Assembly: GCA_027340875.1 (NCBI GenBank)
Contig: DAIENX010000052.1
Location: 1 to 23,165 of the forward strand
DNA: 23,165 nt
Direction: 5' to 3'
Origin: Elusimicrobiota bacterium
Lineage (GTDB): Bacteria > Elusimicrobiota > Elusimicrobia > Elusimicrobiales > UBA9959
Position 1 is the first letter of the stretch; every line of letters begins with the position of its first letter. Under the pieces are notes generated by a model. The model saw only the letters and a list, made by a program, of their open reading frames with translations, was not told the origin of the DNA and ran no database searches. Both the position numbers and the translations under genes were made by a program. Shown one piece after another: positions 1 through 8,525 of the stretch.

Positions 1-141
1 CCGACGCCGGTGCTGTTCGCCACGGCCGTCCCCGCGTCGGTCTCCGACCTGGAAAAGAACCTCAACGTGCTGGTCATCAAAAAGCCGGTCACGCCCGGCG
101 TGCTGGTCGGCGCCGTAAAGGACCTTCTTAAAATATCCTGA
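1..141 (+). CDS. 3' end of a response-regulator receiver domain protein (partial)
   Basis: Frame 1 reads PTPVLFATAVPASVSDLEKNLNVLVIKKPVTPGVLVGAVKDLLKIS* (TGA 139-141). TPVLFAT and KP match the receiver beta4 Thr and beta5 Lys-Pro motifs. Confidence 0.7.
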   Translation, partial: PTPVLFATAVPASVSDLEKNLNVLVIKKPVTPGVLVGAVKDLLKIS

Positions 142-159
142 CGCAGCCGACCGGGAATG

Positions 160-191
160 AAAAAACCCCCGGCGGGATCTCCCGGCGGGGG
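160..191 (-). terminator. Rho-independent terminator between convergent genes
   Basis: CCCCCGGCGGGA (166-177) / TCCCGGCGGGGG (180-191) hairpin with one mismatch, preceded by A6 (U-tract on the minus strand). Confidence 0.75.
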
Positions 192-210
192 CTCACGGCG
201 CGCGGCGCGT

Positions 211-522
211 CTATTTAGCTTTCTTATCCACCTGGTTCCAGGCGTTCTTCAATTCCACAGTCAGGTGGCGCAGCTCGTCGGAGGTTATGGACTCCAGACG
301 GGAATATTTATCGGCGACCTTGTCCACCAGGCGCAGGTAGGTGTCCCGGTCTATCTTCTTCATGGATTCTATCTTCTCCAGGACCTCGCCCTTCATCTTC
401 AGGCTCCAGCCGCGTATGGCCTCGCGGTTCTTCGCGCCGCGCTTGCCGCCGAGGAAATAAGCCCCGGCCGCCGCCAGCGCGGCCAGGCCTATGCCGCCTA
501 TGATCTTTTCGCTTTTCTTCAT
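211..522 (-). CDS. Small membrane-anchored hypothetical protein (YtxH-like organisation)
   Basis: 103 aa. Hydrophobic Gly/Ala N-terminal segment IIGGIGLAALAAAGAYFLGG, then GAKNREAI and a charged helical region. Followed by a terminator. Confidence 0.75.
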   Translation of the reverse strand: MKKSEKIIGGIGLAALAAAGAYFLGGKRGAKNREAIRGWSLKMKGEVLEKIESMKKIDRDTYLRLVDKVADKYSRLESITSDELRHLTVELKNAWNQVDKKAK

Positions 523-547
523 AAATGGTCGCCTTGCACCGGGCCGG

Positions 548-748
548 CTAGTTTATGGATCCGGTTCCGCGCCAGTTCTTCTCAAGGCGCCGGCCGCGGC
601 CGGCAAGCCAGAGATAGGCTCCGTGGCTGGCCGGTCTTATCGCCGGGGTATCGGTACCGATGTCCTTCACGGGCGGCAGGCGGAGTATCAGCTTATCCGA
701 CCTGCGCATTTTCCTGTCGTCCCTCTCGAAGTTGCATGTCATCGTCAT
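548..748 (-). CDS. Putative small hypothetical protein (66 aa)
   Basis: GGAGAG Shine-Dalgarno-like motif about 7 nt before ATG 748, AT-rich promoter-like stretch upstream, same strand as its neighbours. No recognisable domain. Confidence 0.4.
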   Translation of the reverse strand: MTMTCNFERDDRKMRRSDKLILRLPPVKDIGTDTPAIRPASHGAYLWLAGRGRRLEKNWRGTGSIN

Positions 749-833
749 ACGCTACTCTCCACTTAACCCCCGCGACTATATACTATGAAAATTGACCGGA
801 CTTGAACAGGTCCAAAGGTCCCAGCCGCCGGCC

Positions 834-2312
834 CTATTTTGTCCCAGCCGGGGCACGGGACCTCGCGTAAAGCCCGACAAGCTCGGCCTCGGAGATCACA
901 TGTCCCTTCATGGCGTCCAGCAGCGCGTACTTGCCCCCGCCGGCAGGCAGGCGCGCCGCGGCGTCAAGCGCGTAAAGCTTGAAAAAATAACGGTGCGGCT
1001 TTCCCGGGGGAGGACATGGCCCGTAATAGCCTACTCGGCTGAAATCCCCTTCCTTTATCCCCCAGACCAGCCCCTGGCCGGAACCGTCAGGCAGCGCGGC
1101 GTTCCTGGCCACCCCCTCCGGCAGCCCTTCGGAAGACGGCGGGATGCCGTACATCACCCAGTGCACCCAGGTACCGGGAGGGGCGTCCGGATCGTCCATT
1201 ATCAGGGCCAGGGCGGCCGCTCCGGAAGGGACACCCTCCCAGCGCAGCTCCGGCGAAACATCGTCCCCGTCGCAGGTGTGCCTGACCGGGATGTACCCGC
1301 CGGCGCCGAAGGCGGGGCTTTCCATCTTCATCACGGTCTTCCCGGAGGGCGGGTGCCTGTCGCCGAGCACAGCGGCGCCGGCCTCCAGAGAGTGCCCTCC
1401 GAAGAAGCTCCAGATCTCCGCGTCGGCGTCCAGTTCCCTGGAGGTGGGTCCTATCACTCCCGTCGGCAGGTACTGCAGGCCGCCGGGCCAGGTGTGACCG
1501 CCTCCCTCTATTTTCACGAACTTCACGGCCGAGCCGCCCGCGCACGTGCCGTAGGTCTCGGTGACCGCGGCCGTCCCGTCCTCGGGGTCGGAATCGGACC
1601 TGACCGAAGTCTTCTTAGTCTTGTCGCAGGAGTCCAGCGCCAGCCAGAGGTCCCTGCTCTTCTCCACGGAAACGGCACGCCCGAATTTGCGCTTGCCGAA
1701 GGGCCCCGTCACCTCACCGCCTCCCCAATGCACCAGGCCGTCGGCCGTGCCGTTGATGATCAGCACCGGTACCGGGCGGGACGGGCGGCACGAGGAGTAG
1801 ACCGTTTCCGGGACGGCCCCGGCCACCGCCGCTATCGCGGCGAAGCGGCCCGCAGCCCGGCAGGCCAGCGTATACGACATCATCGCGCCGTTGGATATGC
1901 CCGCGGCGTATACCCTGTTCCCGTCCACCGGGTAGGCTTTCTCTATCGCGCGGACCATCTCCTCAAGGAAGGCGACGTCGTCCACGTTCTCGCGCTGCGA
2001 CTTACGACTCTTATCGCCGCGGTAGTCGTTCCAATGCTTGTCCACGGCCTCGGGGTAGGCTATTACAGCCCCGTGCTCGTCGGCCATAGCCTCGAAGCCG
2101 CCGCGGGTCAGGCGCCGCATGCCGGCCCCGGTCCCGCCGCCGCCGTGAAGGAGAAGGATCAGCGGCAGCTTCCGGCCGGCGGCGGCCCCTACCGGAGAGT
2201 AGACGGAATAGTGCCGTTCCCTGCCACCGGACTCGATGGTGAAATGACGGAGCTCCCCGGCGGCCGCCGGGACGCTAAACAGCAGAGCCAGTATCGCGGA
2301 CAATGTTCTCAT
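834..2312 (-). CDS. Secreted fusion: LpqC/PHB-depolymerase-family esterase + YbhB/YbcL (PEBP, Raf kinase inhibitor-like) domain
   Basis: Signal peptide. Esterase motifs LHGGGG, YPEA, DDVAFL, GISNG (nucleophile), GTAD, GGGHTWPGG, IWSFF. Then YbhB motifs MESPAF, HTCDGDDVSP, DDPDAP, WVHW, GPCPP, HRYFFKLYALD. Strong RBS GGAGGGG. Confidence 0.9.
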   Translation of the reverse strand: MRTLSAILALLFSVPAAAGELRHFTIESGGRERHYSVYSPVGAAAGRKLPLILLLHGGGGTGAGMRRLTRGGFEAMADEHGAVIAYPEAVDKHWNDYRGDKSRKSQRENVDDVAFLEEMVRAIEKAYPVDGNRVYAAGISNGAMMSYTLACRAAGRFAAIAAVAGAVPETVYSSCRPSRPVPVLIINGTADGLVHWGGGEVTGPFGKRKFGRAVSVEKSRDLWLALDSCDKTKKTSVRSDSDPEDGTAAVTETYGTCAGGSAVKFVKIEGGGHTWPGGLQYLPTGVIGPTSRELDADAEIWSFFGGHSLEAGAAVLGDRHPPSGKTVMKMESPAFGAGGYIPVRHTCDGDDVSPELRWEGVPSGAAALALIMDDPDAPPGTWVHWVMYGIPPSSEGLPEGVARNAALPDGSGQGLVWGIKEGDFSRVGYYGPCPPPGKPHRYFFKLYALDAAARLPAGGGKYALLDAMKGHVISEAELVGLYARSRAPAGTK

Positions 2313-2354
2313 TACCCCTCCCCATTCCCGCCCGCCATGGACGGCACCGCCAAG

Positions 2355-2690
2355 TCAGAAGCCCTGCATCCCCGAAAGCAGGGACTGGTACAGGAGCCAG
2401 ATCCTGTGCAGCTCGTAGAGCACGAAGACCGTGGCCAGCGATATAAGCGCCGTGTATACCTGCTTCCCCCCGCGGGAGATCAGCGGCGAGCGCCAGACAT
2501 AGAACAGGCTGAAAGGGCCAAGGCCGAGCAGGGTTATCAGGATGACCCCCCAGTGCCTGTAGTACCAGGGCACGCTGCCACCCTGGCCCTTGCCGCAGCG
2601 GCGGCAGTAATTGTCCCCCTGGTCTATGACCGCGCCGCAGGACCAGCAGGAGCTCCCCTCGGCGGGCGCGTCGTCAAACCGGCCGTCCAT
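2355..2690 (-). CDS. Zinc-ribbon-containing small membrane protein
   Basis: CWSC...CRRC double CxxC followed by PWYY and two or three hydrophobic segments. Confidence 0.8.
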   Translation of the reverse strand: MDGRFDDAPAEGSSCWSCGAVIDQGDNYCRRCGKGQGGSVPWYYRHWGVILITLLGLGPFSLFYVWRSPLISRGGKQVYTALISLATVFVLYELHRIWLLYQSLLSGMQGF

Positions 2691-3369
2691 GCCCTTTACT
2701 CAGCCTGATCTTCGAATACGGCCTGGGCCGCCTGCGCACCAGCGGCGTCCCGGAGCCGCCCAGCACCTCCGCCTGCAGCAGCAGGGAATCGGCGCGGCGC
2801 AGCGACCTTTCGGCCCGGTACGGCACTATCCGGTAATGACGGGCGGCGTCGAGGCGCCTGCCGACGAAAAAGACGTTCTTGTCCGAATGCAGCCAGTCGG
2901 AACGCAGCGAGGACGCGTTCAGCGGCACGGAGAACTCGCGCAGAGTCTTCTCTCCTGAGCTGTTGTAGTAGAACTCGAAATAGCTCCTGGCCAGCTCGGC
3001 GAAAGAGGCGTAGACCGGCTCCCGGTAGCGCAGGCCGCAGAAATGGGACTGGGCTACCGCGCCCCAGCGCCCGCCCTCCAGGAACGGCGCCACCACATGG
3101 TCGTCGTCGCTGGCGTTGGCGCGCAGGTCCATCAGCAGGGGACGGCGGCCGTGGAACATGAACGCCGCGGCGGCCAGCATGGCGCCCTCGATGCAGTGCG
3201 CCCTGCGCTGCTTCAGCACCTCCAGCGGGGAGAGGCAGGTATTCACTTTCGAATCGTTGTAGCGGAGCTCGTAGTCCAGGAAGTCCTGGACCTTCCGCGG
3301 AGTTCCCAGCCTCCGCAGCAGGGCCAGCTGGCCGGAAGGGAAGCAGCTGAAGCGGGCCGGCAGTTTCAC
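2674..3369 (-). CDS. Conserved hypothetical protein, transglutaminase/papain-like Cys-His candidate
   Basis: Motifs TPxKVQDFLD, YN, CLSPxxVL, AHCIEGAMLAAA, DDDHVVA, WGA, LRYREPVY. The start overlaps the stop of the response regulator (ATGA). Confidence 0.75.
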   Translation of the reverse strand: MKLPARFSCFPSGQLALLRRLGTPRKVQDFLDYELRYNDSKVNTCLSPLEVLKQRRAHCIEGAMLAAAAFMFHGRRPLLMDLRANASDDDHVVAPFLEGGRWGAVAQSHFCGLRYREPVYASFAELARSYFEFYYNSSGEKTLREFSVPLNASSLRSDWLHSDKNVFFVGRRLDAARHYRIVPYRAERSLRRADSLLLQAEVLGGSGTPLVRRRPRPYSKIRLSKGHGRPV

Positions 3370-3791
3370 TTCTTGCCTTTCTTCACCCGCCAGGGCTTGT
3401 CGCTCGAGCCGTTATGCTCGTCCCGCTTCTCCAGGTCCTGCAGCGCGTTGAAGACCACCGCGCGGAGACGGTCCACGTCGAAAGGCTTCGTGAGATAGCC
3501 GCTGGCCCCGCCTTTCAGCGTGAAGGCCGCCATCTCCAGGTCCTCGTCACCGGTCAGCATCCAGATCACCGGCGCGGCGGCCAGGCCGCGTATCTTCTCC
3601 AGGACCATCACGCCGGACATCCCCGGCATGCTTATGTCCAGGAACACGAAATCGGGCTTCTCGCGGGAAATTATCTCCAGGGCGGTCGGCCCGTCCACGG
3701 CCGTGAGGACGTCGCAGTGGCCGGACAGCGCCTGCTTCACTATCAGCAGAATGTTCTCCTCGTCGTCCACTATCAGCACTTTGTGAGCCAT
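3366..3791 (-). CDS. Single-domain response regulator (receiver)
   Basis: VLIVDDE, FLDISMPGMSG (phospho-Asp), MLTG, YLTKPF. Short basic C-terminal tail and no output domain. Confidence 0.93.
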   Translation of the reverse strand: MAHKVLIVDDEENILLIVKQALSGHCDVLTAVDGPTALEIISREKPDFVFLDISMPGMSGVMVLEKIRGLAAAPVIWMLTGDEDLEMAAFTLKGGASGYLTKPFDVDRLRAVVFNALQDLEKRDEHNGSSDKPWRVKKGKK

Positions 3792-3810
3792 AATAGCACC
3801 ATCCTAAATA

Positions 3811-4872
3811 TCAAATCTTCAGATCGGGTCTGTATTCCGGCAGCTCGAAGAAGAACCGGGAGCCCTTGCCTTTCTCGCTTTGTACCTGAAGCCTGCTGCC
3901 GTGCAGGGCCAGCAACTCGCTGGTTATCAGCAGCCCAAGGCCGAAGCCGCCTGCCCTGGCGCGGCCTTCCTCGGTACGGAAGAAGCCGGAAGAGATCCGC
4001 TCCATGTCTTCCGGCGAAATCCCTATACCCGAATCCTCCACCGAGAACGAGACGCTGCCGGGAGAAGCCCGGCCTATCCTCACGGTTATCCTGCCGCCGC
4101 TGCCGGTATATTTTACGGCGTTCCCTATCAGGTTGCTTATCACCAGCGCCATCGCCTCGCTGTCGGCGTTGACCAGCAGGGGCTCCGTAGGCAGCTCGGT
4201 ATCGAGCTCTATCTCCTTCTGGCGCAGCATCTCGGCGAGGGACCCGGCGACGTCCGCGGCCAGGTCGCGCAACAGAACGGGCATCCTCTCTATCTTGAAG
4301 CGTCCCTCCTCCATGCGCGCCTCGTTCAGTATGTTCTTGACGTAAAGCGCAAGCTTGCGCTGAGCCGCCTGCATGGCCGTATAGATCTCCCTCCGGGGCG
4401 TCTCTCCGGCCGAGAGGTCCGTCTCCTTGAGCAGGAACAGGCCCGCGGCAAGGCCGGTAAGGGCGTTGTTGAACTCGTGGCTGACCGTATGGATCATCAG
4501 GGATTTAAGCTTTGAGGCGGCTCTCTCCCTGTAGACCATCTCCCGCAGACGGTCTATGAGAGCGACCACCACCGCGAAGAAGGCCAGTCGCACCACCGCG
4601 TTCCAGATTATCACATGCACCTGGCCCGTCAGGTCCGGGATGTAGATGCGCTCGTCCAGCAGCCAGACGAAGACGCTGGCCACGGCCGTGGTCATGCCGA
4701 GCCACAGCCCTCCCCGCCAGGTCAGGATGAAGATGGGCAGGAAGTAGAATACATCGATGGAGATCTCGTTCCTTACCAGGAAATCCCCGGCCGATACCAG
4801 CGCGAAGCAGGCAAGGCCGGAGACCAGGGCCCGCCGCCTGGTACCGAAAAAGAAGTCCTTCAATCCCTTCAT
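3811..4872 (-). CDS. Membrane sensor histidine kinase
   Basis: About four N-terminal TM segments, H-box VSHEFNNAL, N-box NLIGNAVKY, G1 DSGIGI, G2 GFGLGL. Start placed at ATG 4872 (MKGLKDF); the ORF extends to 4911. Confidence 0.92.
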   Translation of the reverse strand: MKGLKDFFFGTRRRALVSGLACFALVSAGDFLVRNEISIDVFYFLPIFILTWRGGLWLGMTTAVASVFVWLLDERIYIPDLTGQVHVIIWNAVVRLAFFAVVVALIDRLREMVYRERAASKLKSLMIHTVSHEFNNALTGLAAGLFLLKETDLSAGETPRREIYTAMQAAQRKLALYVKNILNEARMEEGRFKIERMPVLLRDLAADVAGSLAEMLRQKEIELDTELPTEPLLVNADSEAMALVISNLIGNAVKYTGSGGRITVRIGRASPGSVSFSVEDSGIGISPEDMERISSGFFRTEEGRARAGGFGLGLLITSELLALHGSRLQVQSEKGKGSRFFFELPEYRPDLKI

Positions 4873-4917
4873 GATATACCGGTCATGCGGCCGCTCCCCG
4901 GGCCGCGGCACCGCCGC

Positions 4918-6177
4918 TCAGAGCAGCGGGTTGGAGACCACCCCGTCCGCCAGCTTAGGCTCGAACCAGGTGGACTTGGGCGGCATCACCTGCCCGTCGT
5001 CCGCCACGCTGATCAGTTCGTCGAGCGAAGTCGGGAACAGCGCGAAAGCGGCGGCCATCTCGCCGGAGTTCACGCGCTTCTCCAGTTCCTCCAGCCCTCG
5101 GATGCCTCCTACGAAATCCACGCGGTCGCTCTTCCGCAGGTCCTTGATGCCGAGGACGCGGTCCAGCACTAGGTCCGACAGCACGCTGACGTCCAGCGCC
5201 TTCACCGGGTCCTCCCCCCTCGTCGGGGTCTTCACGGACGGCTTCATCAGGTGCCATTTGCCGCCCAGGTACAGGCCGAACTCGCGGCGCGCGGCCGGCT
5301 TGGCCCGGCCGGGGGCCGCCTTCACCTCGAAGCTCTCTCTCACCTTGGCGAGGAACTGCTCGGGGGCTAGCCCGTTGAGGTCCTTTACCACGCGGTTGTA
5401 GTCCCAGATCTTCATCTCGTCCACCGGGAAAGCGGCCGCGAGGTAGACGTTGTACGGCTCGTCGCCTTTATGCCCGGCGCCGCGCTCCGCGACCATCAGC
5501 TTCTTGACGCGGCTGGCGGCCGCGCTCCTGTGGTGTCCGTCGGCGATGTAGACCGTCTTCTGCTTCTCGGAGGCGGCGGAGATGGCCTTTATGTCCGCCT
5601 CCTCGTCCACCAGCCAGAGGGTATGTATGACGCCGCCAGAGCCTTTCGCGGAGAACAGCGGCTCCTTCCGCACGTTATTCTTTATCACGGCGTCTATCTC
5701 CGGGACCTGTTTGTAGGCTATGATGCCCGGGCCGGTCTGCGCTTTCACGTGCTTGATCTGGTTGACGCGGTCGTCCTCTTTCACGGGCCGGGTGAACTCG
5801 TGCCGGCGGATGCGGCCGGCGTCGTAATCGTCCACGCAGGCGCCGACCATCAGCCCGGTCTGCACATGGCCGCCCATCTGCAGGCGGTAGACGTAGAAGC
5901 AGGGCTTGCTTTCGCGCAGCAACAGCCCCTCCCTCAGCATCCTCTCGAAGTTCTCCGCGGCCTTGCTGTAGACGGCCTCCGAGTAGACGTCGGTCCCCGG
6001 AGGCAGGTCTATCTCCGCCTTCGAGACGTGCAGGAAGCTGTTGGGCTTGCCCTTGGCCAGCTCGCGGGCCTCGTCCGAGTTGAGCACGTCGTAGGGCGGC
6101 GCGATTATCTCCTGGGCCTTCGCCTGCGAGGCGGGCCGGATGCCGAATATCGGCGAAAAAAGCGGCAGCTTTGTCAT
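4918..6177 (-). CDS. DUF1015 family protein
   Basis: APPYDV, SFLH, IRRHEFT, YIADGHHRSAAA, YNRVVKDLNG, MPPKSTWFEPKL. Lies directly downstream of serC-serA, the usual context of this family. Confidence 0.92.
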   Translation of the reverse strand: MTKLPLFSPIFGIRPASQAKAQEIIAPPYDVLNSDEARELAKGKPNSFLHVSKAEIDLPPGTDVYSEAVYSKAAENFERMLREGLLLRESKPCFYVYRLQMGGHVQTGLMVGACVDDYDAGRIRRHEFTRPVKEDDRVNQIKHVKAQTGPGIIAYKQVPEIDAVIKNNVRKEPLFSAKGSGGVIHTLWLVDEEADIKAISAASEKQKTVYIADGHHRSAAASRVKKLMVAERGAGHKGDEPYNVYLAAAFPVDEMKIWDYNRVVKDLNGLAPEQFLAKVRESFEVKAAPGRAKPAARREFGLYLGGKWHLMKPSVKTPTRGEDPVKALDVSVLSDLVLDRVLGIKDLRKSDRVDFVGGIRGLEELEKRVNSGEMAAAFALFPTSLDELISVADDGQVMPPKSTWFEPKLADGVVSNPLL

Positions 6178-6204
6178 AAGAAGTCTTCCTTAATCTTCCC
6201 AGCG

Positions 6205-6400
6205 AGGCGCCTGTTTCCCGGCGAGCGACCGGGAGGTTTAGCCTCGCGAGCGAGGTTTTAGAGGGTATCCCTCCGGGATGCCGAGGAATGTCTGAGCCCA
6301 AAAGCTTTGCCTTTTGGGCGAGTTCCGCAGGCACCGATAAAACCGAAGCGAGCGACGGCGTTAAAAACCGACCTCGGAGCGAGGCGGGAAATTGGCGCCT
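6205..6400. repeat. Long nested imperfect palindrome (REP/MITE-like or structured RNA), element 1
   Basis: Nested pairs AGGCGCC 6205-11/GGCGCCT 6394-400; TTTCCCG 6214-20/CGGGAAA 6385-91; GGTTTTA 6254-60/TAAAACC 6338-44; GCCCAAAAG 6296-304/CTTTTGGGC 6311-19. Four GAGCGA motifs at mirror positions. Confidence 0.75.
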
Positions 6401-7350
6401 TATATCTTCTCGCCGTTGACCGCGTGGGTGCGCTTGCCGTCCAGCAGGTAGTCCGCTATCTGCTCGGCCGCCTGCCTGGCCACCGTCACCTGCGCGTCCT
6501 TGGTGGAGGCGGCGATATGCGGCGTGCAGATCACCTTCTCCATGCCGAAGAAGAGGTGCCTGGTAGCGGGCTCCTCTGAATAGACGTCCACGGCCAGGCC
6601 GGCGATCTGCCCGCTCTCCACGGCCGCCTTCACGTCCTCTTCGACCAATATCGCGCCGCGGGCGCAGTTAATCAGGCGCACGCCCTTCTTCATCTTGGCT
6701 ATAGCGTCCTTGTTTATCATCCCCTTGGTGGCCGGGTTGATGGTCACATGGTAGGTGATGAAATCGGACTTAGCGTAGAGCTCGTCCAGCGTCGCCATCT
6801 TGACGCCCAGTTCCCTGGCGCGCTCAGCGTTCATGACGGGGTCGTACACGATAACGTTCATCTTCAGCCCGCGGGCCCTGTCGGCGACGACGGCGCCTAT
6901 ATGGCCGCAGCCGACCACCCCGAGGGTCTTGCCGGTTATCTCCACTCCCTCGAAACGGCTCTTCTCCCACTTGCCGGCGTGCGTGGACGCGTTGGCCTGG
7001 GGGATGTGGCGCGCCAGAGCCATCATCATGGCTATGGCGTGCTCGCCGGTGGAGACGGTATTCCCGAAAGGCGTGTTCATCACCAGCACCTTCTTCTCGC
7101 TGGCGGCCGCCACGTCGATGTTGTCGACGCCCGCTCCGGCGCGGGCCACGGCCTTCAGGTTCTTAGCGGCCTCGAATATCTCCCGCGTGATCTTGGTGGC
7201 GGAGCGGACTATGATGGCGTCGTACTCGTGCGCGCAGGCCTTCAGCTCTTCGGGCTTCATGCCGGTCTTCACGACGGCGTCCAGCCCGCGCTCCTTCAGC
7301 ACCTTCTCGCAGAGCGGATCTGCCTTGTCGGCTATAAGGACCTTGCTCAT
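6400..7350 (-). CDS. serA: D-3-phosphoglycerate dehydrogenase, short form lacking ACT/ASB regulatory domains
   Basis: IVRSATK, RAGAGVDNID, NTPFGNT, GKTLGVVGCGHIG, INCARG, DVYSEEP, TPHIAAST. Overlaps the serC stop. Confidence 0.92.
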   Translation of the reverse strand: MSKVLIADKADPLCEKVLKERGLDAVVKTGMKPEELKACAHEYDAIIVRSATKITREIFEAAKNLKAVARAGAGVDNIDVAAASEKKVLVMNTPFGNTVSTGEHAIAMMMALARHIPQANASTHAGKWEKSRFEGVEITGKTLGVVGCGHIGAVVADRARGLKMNVIVYDPVMNAERARELGVKMATLDELYAKSDFITYHVTINPATKGMINKDAIAKMKKGVRLINCARGAILVEEDVKAAVESGQIAGLAVDVYSEEPATRHLFFGMEKVICTPHIAASTKDAQVTVARQAAEQIADYLLDGKRTHAVNGEKI

Positions 7351-8525
7351 TTCACGGCCTCCTTGGCGTATTCCTTCGAAACCTGCTCGTGGGCCCAGTC
7401 AAGCCACGGGATGAGGGCCTCGATGTCGGCCGTCTCCACGGTGGCCCCGCACCAGACGCGGATCCCGACGGGAGCCTTGCCGTAGGAGTTGATGTCCTTG
7501 GCCACTCCCTCCTTGTCCAGCAGGCCGGTGATCTTCTTGGCCGCTTTGGCCTGCTCCTCGGCCGGGAGCTTCAGGAACCACTCGGACTTTATCCTGAAGC
7601 AGACCGAGGTGTTGGAGCGGATCTCCCTGGACTCGGCGAGGAAGGCTATCCAGTTCGACTTCTCGACCCACCGCTCGAAAGCGGCCAGGTTGGCGGTGGA
7701 GCGCTTAACGAGCCCGGGCAGGCCGCCTATCGTCTCGGCCCACTTCAGGGCGTCTATCGCGTCCTCGACGCAGAGCATGGACGGGGTATTGATGGTGCTG
7801 TACTCGAGCTCGCCGGGGGCGAGCTTCTTCTCGTCCACCAGGCGGAAGATCTTCGGCATAGGCCAGGTGATCTTGGCGTTCTGCTCCTCCATGCGCTTCA
7901 CGGCGCGCGGCGAGAGGATTATCACGCCGTGCGCGGCCTCGCCGCCCAGCACCTTCTGCCAGCTGAACGTCACTACGTCGAGCTTAGTGAAATCCATGTC
8001 CATCGCGAAGACCCCGGAGGTGGCGTCGCAGATCACGATGCCGTCGTGGTCCTTCGGCAGCCAGTCGAGGTTCGGGACCTTCACGCCCGAGGTAGTGCCG
8101 TTCCAGGTGAAGATGATGTCGTTCTTCGGGTCGGCCTTCTTCAGGTCCGGCAGCTTGCCGTAGTCGGCCTTGTACTCGTTGACCTTCGGGAGCTTGAGGT
8201 ACTTCACCGCGTCGGTGATCCAGCCCTTGCTGAACGACTCCCAGCCGAAGATGTCCACCGGCCTGGGGCCCAGCAGCGACCACATAGCCAGCTCCACCGC
8301 GCCGGTGTCCGAGCCGGCCACCACGCCTATGCGGTAGTCCGCCGGCAGGTTCAGGACCTTCTTCATGCGGTCCGAGACCTCCTGCAGGCGGGCCTTGCCC
8401 TCCTTGGAGCGGTGGGAGCGGCCGACGAGAGCGCCCTTAAGCGCGTCCACGGTCCAGCCGGGGCGCTTGGCGCAGGGGCCGGAAGAGAAGTTGGGGCAGC
8501 CTGGTTTCTTGACTGGTTTTTCCAT
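7347..8525 (-). CDS. serC: Phosphoserine aminotransferase (Methanosarcina/alphaproteobacterial type)
   Basis: FSSGPCAKRPGW, GRSHRS, GSDTGAVE, WNGTTSGV, CDATS, FSWQKVLGGE (PLP Lys), TINTPSMLCVED, RVWCGATVE. RBS AGGAG. Confidence 0.95.
   Translation of the reverse strand: MEKPVKKPGCPNFSSGPCAKRPGWTVDALKGALVGRSHRSKEGKARLQEVSDRMKKVLNLPADYRIGVVAGSDTGAVELAMWSLLGPRPVDIFGWESFSKGWITDAVKYLKLPKVNEYKADYGKLPDLKKADPKNDIIFTWNGTTSGVKVPNLDWLPKDHDGIVICDATSGVFAMDMDFTKLDVVTFSWQKVLGGEAAHGVIILSPRAVKRMEEQNAKITWPMPKIFRLVDEKKLAPGELEYSTINTPSMLCVEDAIDALKWAETIGGLPGLVKRSTANLAAFERWVEKSNWIAFLAESREIRSNTSVCFRIKSEWFLKLPAEEQAKAAKKITGLLDKEGVAKDINSYGKAPVGIRVWCGATVETADIEALIPWLDWAHEQVSKEYAKEAVK

Noticed and set aside
792..2708. 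638-aa plus-strand ORF
   Set aside because: Antisense shadow of the esterase-PEBP and zinc-ribbon genes. No motifs, and expected in high-GC DNA.
6205..6400. Element 1 as a T-box or amino-acid riboswitch
   Set aside because: No T-box UGGNACC bulge or terminator U-tract. It lies mid-operon and its non-canonical cues favour the antisense strand.
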